Assembly: GCF_963676685.1 (NCBI RefSeq)
Contig: NC_092344.1
Location: 113,460,001-113,524,000 of the forward strand
Direction: 5' to 3'
DNA from: Mytilus edulis
Taxonomy: Eukaryota
Length of the DNA: 64,000 bases
Below the pieces are notes generated by a model. That model worked only from the letters and a program-made list of their open reading frames with translations, did not search any database and was not told where the DNA came from. Positions 28,301-40,300 of the stretch are shown one piece after another (within the stretch, counting starts at the first letter, position 1; each line of letters begins with the position of its first letter). Both the position numbers and the translations under genes were made by a program.

Positions 28301-31300
28301 TATCGTTAGTTGACATGATAAATATTGTTCGTCACTGTCCGACTAACAATGTTTTAGATTTTACCTTCTTTTTTTTGTGTTTTTTTTTTGTTATGCGTAT
28401 CCCTTATAGTTTATATTGACAGTAGACCAATTTAAAATCAAGAATATGTACATCCCGCCTCCGTATGAGGGATATTATGTCGATATGTTAAAAACCCATT
28501 TTTAGACTTTTGATGTTTTCTGTTCTGTAGTCGGGTTGTTGTCTATTTGACACATTTCCCGTTTCAGTTTTATATGTATTTGATTTGTTCATTTAACAGT
28601 ACTGTAATAATGTTCTAAATTTCAAAAATGCAAACTTGTTAAAAAACTAAGTATACACAACCTTACCTTTTTGTACGAAGACATGTGACGTTAGTGTAAA
28701 TGCGCCGGCTTTATTCTCAACGGTACAGGAGAAGTTTGCAGATTTATTAATTTTCCGGACAAACAGTCTCGTTCCAGTAGGAAATAAATCTTCAACAATT
28801 TGATCTGGTTGTCCCGGTGGTATGTACGTTCTCCCACTGTGCCAAGTATAAGTAAAGTTTTTGGCAGTATCCTCAGGTGACATACATATAATACTCATAC
28901 TCTCTCCCTCCACTACGGAGATAGACAAAGGGTAAAGGTCAACCAGAGGAACTGTGAGCACATTTACCGATATGGATTTGTTTTCTGCTTTTTCGCCATC
29001 TCGTGCTTCACAGGTAAAAGTTCCTGTCAGAAAATACAAAAAATATATAAAACTAAAGCCGTATTAACAAGTAGGTTTCAAAAGTCGTGAAATAAAATTT
29101 TGAAGAATCTTTATATCAAAATTATTGTTGACTAGGTAATCAGGTGGTTGAAGATGACGATGTGCAATTTCAAAGAGATTAAAAAGTTAACAACGATATC
29201 TAGACTCTTATATTATTATTTATTTTTCTTTCAATGTGCTTTTAAAGTAGGTTTAATAAAATTGAAAGCATTAAACGACATTTATAGTAGGTTTAGGTTA
29301 GGATAAAAATATTTAAGAATACTGATATGGTTTATATTTTAACATTAAGATACATTACATATCGCCGCCCCTCAGATAATTTCTTACAACTTGCCTCTAT
29401 CTAATGGACTAACATGGTCAAATGTTATAACAGATCTCAGAATACCATCTCTGCTTGCTGGAATTAACGTTTCTTGTGCACGTTTACGAAATAAGCTTAC
29501 GTCAAAGCGTAAGTCAAGTAAATATCCATCCTTGAACCATTTGAAGGTTATACTTGGTCGACCTCTAGCCACACAAGATAGTGTCATACTTTTGTCTTCT
29601 AATGCTGCTAATCCCGATCCTGTGTCTACTCTCATTGTAACACTCAGTAGATACAATTCTAAAGTTTAAAAAATAAATTGATCAGACAAAACGAATTTCA
29701 CACTCACTTTACACCTTTAAACGACAAAGAATGAAAAATAGTATCATATCTGAATAATCAACATATACCACACATATATGCAAAAGGGCATTATACCCAA
29801 ACAGATAATAAAAATATTCTTTATGAAACTTATAGAAAAAGAAGTTACATCTAACAAAATGAACAAAAAGGCAAATTATGTTTAGCAACATCGAATGGCT
29901 CATCAAAATTACTCAGACGACCGCTACTGTAATAAAAGCAAATGCGATCTTGTGAAATCATAGGTTTTTTTAATTAAACATTTCATGGTGTAATAATTTT
30001 TTATTAAAAGTAACTTTAATTTTGTACACCATTAGTTTGAAAAGTTTTCAACTGCTATTTTAAAAGGCACAGTTGTGTGCTAGCCCAGAGGATATATGAT
30101 TGCCAATGAGACAACTCTCTGCAAGAGACCAAAATGACACAGAAATTAACAACTATAGGTCATCGTACGGCCTTAAACAATGAGCAAAGCCCATACCGCA
30201 TAGTCCACTATAAAGGCCCCGAAATTATCATGTAAAACAATTTAAACGAGAAAACTAACAGCCTCATTTATTTACCAAAAAAATGAACGAAAAACAAAAA
30301 TGTAACACATAAACAAACGACAACCACTGAATTACAGGCTCCTGACTTGTTTTGTCTGCATTAAATAGCATATCAACGGCGTGTTGCAGTTCATAAAATT
30401 GTTAAAACTATTAGAAACAGATGTTTTTATCTCCATGCATAAATTGCATTAGCAGATTTGCTAAGGCAATTTAATTTTTATTTTTTGGGGTTTTCAGTAT
30501 TTCATTTTGAATATTGATTTAAACTGCCAATGTTTTTGTTTAAATTATACTGATGATTTTTTTTTTGAACACTCGGTTGTCATACATAGTTTTAAACCTT
30601 GTATCTTTGATGATCTTTTATTACAATAGAGCGGTCGCTACCACGTTACGTTCTCGTGCGTATTATTAACTCAATGTCCCATTGGTCAGCACTTATTTGC
30701 TAACATCATATACAATTGGTATGGGCAATTTCTGTACTTTTACTATTCTTAAAATGTTTAAAAGCATTGGAAACACAATGGTTTCTATACTTTCAGGCAT
30801 AGATGTTCTTTTTTGTTGTATTTTTCAATTTTAAATGCTCATTTGTATCTTCATTTTTAATTTGACATTTTTTTTATTTTTATTGAACTACTTAAAGCGA
30901 TCCTTTATAAGACACTATCATTCACGAACTGGTTGACCGATACGAAGTGTTGTGTCTTAACTCGCTATAGACATGTTTCAGTGATCTTATATCTGTACAG
31001 CTCTTTTTGGTATCTTGATGTGTATCTCATACTAAATTTATTGACATTTGAACATTGGTCAACAACTGTTGCCTCTAACGAATTTGAGTTTGCTGCATCT
31101 AAAGGATTCGTGTGTCACTGACGAAACGAGTGTCCGGTTTCCTAAATGATAAGACCGGCATATTTGACGTTCAATACCACTTTTGGTGGCTGTTTCGTTT
31201 TAGAAGTATCGCCAGTCAAGTTATGTATGGCATAGCATCGTTTGATCTGTCAATCAATAATATATTATAGATCAGACTTCGAAAACTATTAAGGTCTTGT

Positions 31301-34300
31301 ATATAAACATCGACGTCGACATAAATTCTTTCTTCCATCTGTAACGGTAACATATAATAGTTTGTTTTGTACAACATATATACAATGCACAGTGAGTTAA
31401 AGGCATTCTTAATGTACTTCTGACATTTAAATATTCTGTTGTTCTCATATAGCAATTTATTGGTGTAATTGTAAACAGAGACAATAATGTTAATTTACTC
31501 CACCACAAAAACATTCAACATAACGTACAGATATTAAAACACCATTACGTAGACATATAAAATATATAATGTAAAATTGCATTGTTTGATTAAGCAAATG
31601 ATAATATATTAACAAGTATGCTTTACTGTCAAAATTTATGTATATTTTCACAGATATATTGAACGATTTCCATTAATCATAATATTAATATAACTTTAGG
31701 TATTCTGAAAGCGACGATATATCTGAAGCTACTCAAATAAGATTGCTTAATCTGACTGTTCTTTTTATTTGGCGACTTTATCAATTAGGTGTAAGTAACC
31801 ATAGTATGTAGCTTCAACATATTGGTATGTAAGACAATGACAAAAATGTGCACGTAATTAATCGTTTTAATTGAGAATTATCAATTTACTTCTTAAAAAG
31901 TCAGAAAAAAGGAAAAGACGAATATTTATTGATGTTAATGATAGCCCTTTAGAGTTTGAAATCAAGTAAGCCCTTTATTATAATAAAGTTTGAAATAAAG
32001 CAGTACAAGACACCAATGATTTGTTTTATTAGTATAACTTTATTTTCATAGAGCATTTGTTTTGCACTGTATGACCACACCAAAGTCTTAAAATTACTTC
32101 AATGTTGATCTAAAAGAACAGCAGATTCTCAGTACTTCTATGAATCTAAAAATAGTAGAGGCTACCTGAGGATAAGGAATTAATGTTCTCTCGGTTTTGG
32201 TTTGTAACCCAGATTTGTTTTCTCTCAATCGATTTAGGACTTTTGAATGCCGGTATACTACTGTTGCCTTTATTATTATTATAATCCTATTTATTTTAAG
32301 TTTTCTCCATGTATTTCAATGATATGCTGGTTTCAAAGTTTAATTTTGGTTACTAATGAACAATTAATACCCTTTTAGGACATTGTACCGGTTATGAAGG
32401 TAAAGTAACATGTATTCTTTTTACGTTTCCGAAAGCAAACTGAAAAGAGAATCTTCGAGGACAAACGTTCCTGTGTCAGGTTATAGGAATTTAACAAATA
32501 TTGTTGGTTTCGAAATTCGTGTGTACTATGCACCATACACTTGCATGCGTCTATAAAACAACAAATTACCAGACAATCTAGTTATACATGAAAACATTTT
32601 TTCCTTTAATAATAGTTTGTTCATGCTAGTAATTAAAATTTATCAATCATTTAAAAAAAATGTGTTTAATTTATCTTAATTCAAAATTGAAAGCAATTTC
32701 TTCGTTAAGTGTTATATAAGTATTGTGGATATATTTTAATGAGTGCAATGCAATATTTCACTTTAACTCGAGTGAGATACGCAACTCATACATCTTTAAA
32801 ACAACACAATTCTTGTTAGTCACATGCAAGCAAGTATACTTACTCTCTAGTCGGTCTACAATAGTTTGGTTTTAATTACATATAGTTTTTATCTGCTTAT
32901 AAAACAGACAGCAACTCAATCTTGTGTCAAAGTTGCTGAATATTTACCTCAAAATGCCTTATAGTAATTCATTTAAAAGTTATTACATCTGGTAAAGGAA
33001 GTCGAATTGTAAAAACATATTGCCCAAAGTATTATAAGACACTAAATAAATGCTTAACTTCATAAACCCATCTTTCGAGAATGATCTTACATCTTCCGGA
33101 CTGGAAAGCAGTGTATACATGTGTATGAAATCCTCTGTAATTAACTACAGTTCTAGGAATATGAACGTACTGTTTTAAAAATCCTCGTTGCGATTTACTT
33201 ATAAACATGTTTGTAATAAAAATTCATTTGTTCTTAAATTCGAATAGTTTGGGAAATTTGGAAACTGGCTCTTTTATAAGTTGCATTTCGAAAGTTTTGT
33301 GAATCGGCATACATAAAGAAAATTAGTTCCTTCTTTAAGGAGAAAGATTTTTTTTTAATCTATAAGACATCTATTGGAAATAACTGCTGTAAGAATATCA
33401 ATCGTTAGATTACAATAATTTGAGAGTGACAATATTAGGGACGCAAAACTTTGGCATGGCTTTTAGAGCTTTAAATAAACTTTGGCTCATTTTTGCCCAT
33501 CTTAGAATTTATGTTATTAACGTCTATAATATAAACTGGGTTTGAAAATATCATTAGCTGAAACCAAGCCAAAGAATAAGAGACAATTATTCAGAATGTT
33601 ACTGTCTTATCATGCTTCACTCAGTAATCTTATGTGTTGCACCCAGATAAATAATTTCATACAAGATGCATTGTCCATTCAAATGAATCAATAAAATTTG
33701 TTAAGTCCATTCGGCACATTCTTTATCTTTATTGAATACCTTACCTGGTACTGACGTTATTTGAAGTGTTTCCATATCCAAGTTAACTCCCTCTAATCTC
33801 CGTAACACTTCTGGTAAGTTGCTGTCTAATATTGATCTTTCAATTGATTCTATGTATAGTCTTATGTCAATGTAGTCTTCTGAATCTTGTCTGTTGATTG
33901 AAATTTAATATGAAAAACAAATAAACAAATAATTTTGGAAACTTGAATTTACGCTTTTCAAAACGGAGAGCGTGAGAAAAATGAATCTACAATCGGTCAT
34001 GTCGATTTTTATTCTTGTATTGAAACCTTTTCAAGTTTTCATCTAAATGTATTCTAAAGAATCATTCTCTCAACATTCTTACGGAGAAACTAAGTTTAAT
34101 TGTCATACGAATGTTAACAAGGTCATCTGCTCAATCATGAAGGGGTAGAAATAATTGTTGGTGTTTTCAGTCCTATTTACCATTGTCTTTTTGCTCAACG
34201 TTTTTGCGGCTAACTGAAGAGTTCAAATCTGATGAGAAAAAAGCTTGATCTGTGCTGTAAATCAAATTTATACAAAATTTCAGTCCTAGTATCTATGGTG

Positions 34301-37300
34301 AGTTTATTTACAACCACTGGATCGATGCCACTGTTGGTGGAGTTTTTATTCCCCGAGGATATCACCAGCCCAATAGTCAACACTTCTGCGTTGAAATGAG
34401 TTTTGAAAAAGATTACAACGACGGGCCACTGATGACGACGCATGTAAAAGCAATAGTTCATATGACTCATTAGGCAAAGTGAGCTTAAAAAAGTTCAATC
34501 TGTAAATTCCCCTTTCCCTTTAACAAATAACCAATGAACCGGAACCGATTCATCAGCATATTTTAAGAGTAGTAACCTGGATGGTGTCACAACTATAGCA
34601 GGAATCCTGACCCTTCTAAAGTATGTGAGTTCACGCCTGAATAAAACAACACGTTAAAAGATGAGATAATTCTATCCAGTTTATATACATAAAGTTATGC
34701 AATACTATCTGTCAATTGTAAATTGTATGTGGCAATGGTTTCATTACTTACCTTATGGTTACGTTTTCTACTGAAAATACTCCTCTCTGTTGTAACATGA
34801 TGTTTATCTACAACAACAAAATCAAAAATTATTGTAAAAGGATATTACTGTTTAATAATAACAATTGATTTAAAAATCAAAAAGAAAAAATCACAAAATA
34901 TATCAAAACTCCGATGAAAATTCAAAACGAAAAGTCCCTAATCAAAGGGCAAAATCAAAAGCTCAAACACATCAAACGAATTGATAACAACTGTTACATC
35001 CCTATTTTGGTACAGACATTAAGAACATGTTCACTTTGATTGTTATGTCCTGTTGGATGACTGTCTTATATTGAATATGATAATCCACTTACTTGTTCCT
35101 TTTCTGATTTCACGCAGTGAACTTCTTTTTATTGTACAAATGTCTCTCAAAGCAATTTCAATACAAAAATGTCAATAATTTTCAGGGTCAATAAAAGAAT
35201 AGACTTACTTTCTGTTGAATAGCATTACGTTCTCCTGAAGTCAGCAATGTTGAACTGTTTTGCAAATCACATCTGATGTCATATTTGTGACGATCTGAAA
35301 ACGCACGAATATAAATATGATAAATTTAATAAACTCGGGCAATATCTCGGTTGATGTTTTTTTTTCATGTTCCGTTTTTTGCGTTTTTGTAAATCAGTTT
35401 GTGACATTTAAGGTTGATCCAGAAATGTGCATTACACAATACACTTTACTTTAAAATACTGAGATGCTTTACCTTTAATATGAACACACGTTCTTTTATC
35501 TATGTTAAGTCTGAAATCATGGTTACAGCTACTTACCAATATGAACACATGTTCTTTTATCTCTGTTAAGTCTTAATCCATGGTTATAGCTACTTACCAA
35601 TATGAACACACGTCCTTTTATCTCTGTTAAGTCTAAATCCATGGTTACAGCTACTTACCAATATGAACACACGTTCTTTTATCTCTGTTAAGTCTAAATC
35701 CATTGGTTACAGCTACTTACCAATATGAACACATGTTCTTTTATTTCTGTTAAGTCTAAATCCATGGTTACAGCTACTTACCAATATGAACACATGTTCT
35801 TTTATCTCTGTTAAGTCTGAATCCATGGCTACAGCTACTCATCAATATGAACACATGTTCTTTTATTTCTGTTATGTCTAAATCCATGGTTACAGCTACT
35901 TACCAATATGAACACACGTTCTTTTATCTCTGTTAAGTCTGAATCCATGGTTACAGCTACTCATCAATATGAACACATGTTCTTTTATTTCTGTTAAGTC
36001 TAAATCCATGGTTACAGCTACTTACCAATATGAACACATGTTCTTTTATTTCTGTTATGTATAAATCCATGGTTACAGCTACTTACCAATATGAACACAC
36101 GTTCTTTTATCTCTGTTAAGTCTAAATCCATGGCTACAGCTACTTACCAATATGAACACACGTTCTTTTATTTCTGTTAAGTCTGAATCCATGGTTACAG
36201 CTACTCACCAATATGAACACATGTTCTTTTATTTCTGTTAAGTCTAAATCCATGGTTACAGCTACTTACCAATATGAACACATGTTCTTTTATCTCTGTT
36301 AAGTCTGAATCCATGGCTACAGCTACTCATCAATATGAACACATGTTCTTTTATTTCTGTTATGTCTAAATCCATGGTTACAGCTACTTACCAATATGAA
36401 CACACGTTCTTTTATCTCTGTTAAGTCTGAATCCATGGTTACAGCTACTCATCAATATGAACACATGTTCTTTTATTTCTGTTAAGTCTAAATCCATGGT
36501 TACAGCTACTTACCAATATGAACACATGTTCTTTTATTTCTGGTATGTATAAATCCATGGTTACAGCTACTTACCAATATGAACACACGTTCTTTTATCT
36601 CTGTTAAGTCTAAATCCATGGCTACAGCTACTTACCAATATGAACACACGTTCTTTTATTTCTGTTAAGTCTGAATCCATGGTTACAGCTACTCACCAAT
36701 ATGAACACACGTTCTTTTATCTCTGTTAAGTCTAAATCCATGGTTACAGCCACAAGAAGCAGTAGAAATCTTGCTTGTTATACAGGTCTGTTCACAGTCT
36801 AATACTGCGCATGCTATAAATAAAATATTATGATTAGATACGACCATAAAACAAAAGGAGATAAGTGGCAAGGTTAGACAAGGCACCCACCAAAACAGCA
36901 AATGTTTGCAAATTGCGGCATGAAACTATTCAAAACTTTGAATGAAAGTTTAATAGGTTTCACAGTTTCATTGACAAATAATATTTTGAGTATTACAGCA
37001 TATTTTTTCTTCAAACACATCCTGAAATAGGCAAACAGCCTTTTAAAAGTCTGAATATTATACACATCTAAAAAATTTATATCATTAACATTATAAACAA
37101 TTCATAGTTGTTTAACCAATAAATATTGAGAGCAATATTTTAATATCTGATAAAAACACTTGTACTATTACATTTTAGTGGTATCTAAAAAAATGTCCAT
37201 GAACTCGCAAGTATCTAAAGATGAGTTTTCGTTTCAAAGTTCAGCTTAATGTAGCAGTGAAAATTACAGTATTTTTATTAATTACTTTTTCAACTCAATA

Positions 37301-40300
37301 AACATGATCAAAATTATCTCAGTAATTTCTTAGAAACCGCATCATAGCTTTGCATTCCGTGGTTACTGCGACTCTAGATAGAGGTTAACAATGGGGTTTC
37401 TCTAGAAATCAATACATATTTATCTATATATGCCTTTTGTTGACAATCGTTTAAACTGTTTAACATTTTGTGGTGAATTGTATGATAAATATAGAACTAT
37501 AAGAACCATCATTTGTTTTCTTTATGAACACTGTCATTCTTACTTAAAAACTCTTCATTTTGTTACCAGCTGCACTAAAATGATGATGTTTTGAAGCAGT
37601 TTTATAATATTTAAATTATTATGCGTTGGATGAATGTTAGAAAAATTTCAGTAAACATGTACTACATTTATGTATATGTATTTCCTAAGCCAGTTAATTT
37701 ATATTGCAAACGTACCCAACAGATCTCAAAGAGAAGATTAAATTGAGTTAATGAGTACCGCATGTACAATGATGTATGATGAAAAGTCAAATATTGTACA
37801 AGTTAATAGCATTTATTCACCTAGTATTTTGAAAGTAGTGTATCTAGTTTACAAATAGTGCACAGCCATTAGACTGCTTATGAAACTTCTCAATAGTCAG
37901 GTATTCATTTGTCTACATAAAGATTCTTCGTCAAATAATTACATTAAAACATGAATTTTAAAAGAATAAGAAGGACCAAAGTACGTTCAACAACAGGCCA
38001 ACAAACAAACACTCCCTATTTCAAAATAAAACGAAAAGACAAACAGATACAAAATATACGGACACATGTTCTAAGTTAATATAAAACCTCATTCAAATAT
38101 CTCTTCCTTTTGTTTTTTTCTTGCTAAAATAGGTTCCAATAGTGAATTCTATAAAATCAAAGCCTTGGTATTCATTCATTGTCCCCGTGTCATCTTCAAA
38201 AACATTTTAACCAATGAAATGATAAAAAATCAGATATTGGCGTCTCTGTTTCGCCCTATCGAAAGTCACAATTTCGAAGCACCTGCCTACTATAGTGTTG
38301 TTTCCGTTTAATCTTAACTTCATAGACATGATTTTTTAACAACAAGAAAGAACACACCCGCGATATCGCGGGTCCGTGACTGAAGTTAAAATGTATTGTC
38401 AACCCTGTGGTTATGACCCGTGTATACAACAAATCCCAAATACACCGTTTGCGGTACATACAGATAAGGTAATACATGTAGGTAACATGTGGCATATGAA
38501 TACAAGGAAATCGCATCAGATAGTTCTGGAACTTATTAATTTGTCTTATTGCTTATCGTTTGAAATAGTAATCGATATAAAAGGGTAAAATTTTCAGTAT
38601 ACCCTATCAAGTATAGATATCCTTATATAAGTTTGACTTGAAGCTTTCTTCGGTTATACGTTTATCAGGTGAAAAAAAAAACGCTCTTTAGATTAAGCAG
38701 TACAGATTTATACCAATACAACAGTTTAAGCCTGGATACATATTCATGGCCAGAACGAAATAGTATTTAGCTAACCGCCAACTCACATCCATACAATACC
38801 AATAAACCAATTGAAGTGACTATCAGAATGATTAAACGACAAAAAATAAACCTTATACAGATCAAAAAGTAAAACAATGCAGCATAATACTGATCAATAT
38901 AATCGCTCGATGTGGCTGATAGAGAAAAGGATAAATTGCCTTTTATACAAGATGCAATTAATGAATAATTAAACTTTAATTCTACAATGTAATACCAATC
39001 AGTAAAAATGACTTATTTTGCATATAAAACGCTGATAGTGAAACTTTAACGTTTGTGATCATTAGTAAACAGTGATGACAGACGTTTTTACACTGAAAGT
39101 GACATGAATCTTTATTATAATCACCAAATGCATACGTAGTGTTCTGAGATGTTAGAAGTGAGGCAGTTGATTAGCTATAATTATATTGTTAAAATAGTGG
39201 CAGTCGACTTTAATTGCATTATTAACTTGTACTTACCGTAGTAATCTAATTCTATCAAATACAAAACATATAGTGAGGATAGAATTAAAGAAGTCCATTG
39301 AACTGGGTTTTTTTGGGGGGCTGTGCTTTGTATATAATATTTCAAATATTTTTGCCAGCTTTATTAACTGCAATTAATCTAATTAAGAGATGGGTATATA
39401 CACTGAAATATTTTAAATCATAAAGTGGAAGCATGGTGGAAATATAAACCTTACATTCTCCTGATCATGACGCTATAGACGTAAATATAATCATTAAATG
39501 GTGACGCTTCTACCTGTATATGTAGATGTTTCTTAATAGAGTTTCATATGCAATTTTGAATGACAGATAAATCTAGAATTTACCACTTGGATGAATCCCG
39601 TTTATCTTCTGTTCGCACATTGAACCAAGGTAGCCAGGAACACACTGGCATATATTCACGTAGTCACCATACAGGTATCTAGAAGAAAACAGGTTGATTC
39701 GTATGTTAAAAAGTATCAATACAAAGTTAAATGGCAATTGAAAGATTTCTTTTCTGATTTCTTGCATGTGTAAGTCATTTATTGCTAAGTACAATAATAT
39801 TTAACGCCGATCGATTTCCCAAGATTTTTCTTGTAATCTTGAAATACAGATAAAAGCCAAACAGGCTGATGTTGAATTCAATTTTCTTGAAAAAAAATGT
39901 GGGCTAATATCGATTTTAAAGTGTGAATTGTGTGATCAATAGGAGATACTTGGTATAAATTGGAATGTAAAACTTTCCTAATAAGATCGTTTATCAGGAA
40001 GAGAAAGCTATTAGATTTGGAATATAACAAAATGCAGTTATTTGCCTTCTTCTCGAATACGTCAAAAATAATAACCATTCTTGAGAAAAATGAGAAGTTG
40101 TGGTATGATTGAAAATGAGAAAACTCTCCACCAGAGTTCCAATGACGTAGAAAGTTATCAAATATAGGTAACCGTGCCTCCTTTAACAATGAGAAAATTC
40201 CATACTGCACGACAAACTTTGAATGGTACCGACACGACGAATGTAAAACAATTCAAAGCGAAAACTAACGGCTTGATTTAATTACTTCTACATATATTAT

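Noticed and set aside
35470-36750. CRISPR-like or mutually exclusive exon array
   Set aside because: There are no unique spacers. The 53-nt units lack polypyrimidine tracts, are separated by only 8 nt and do not preserve frame.
38342-38600. Palindrome ACCCGCGATATCGCGGGT suggesting another Helentron-type end
   Set aside because: I could not identify the partner end, so the boundaries are unsupported.
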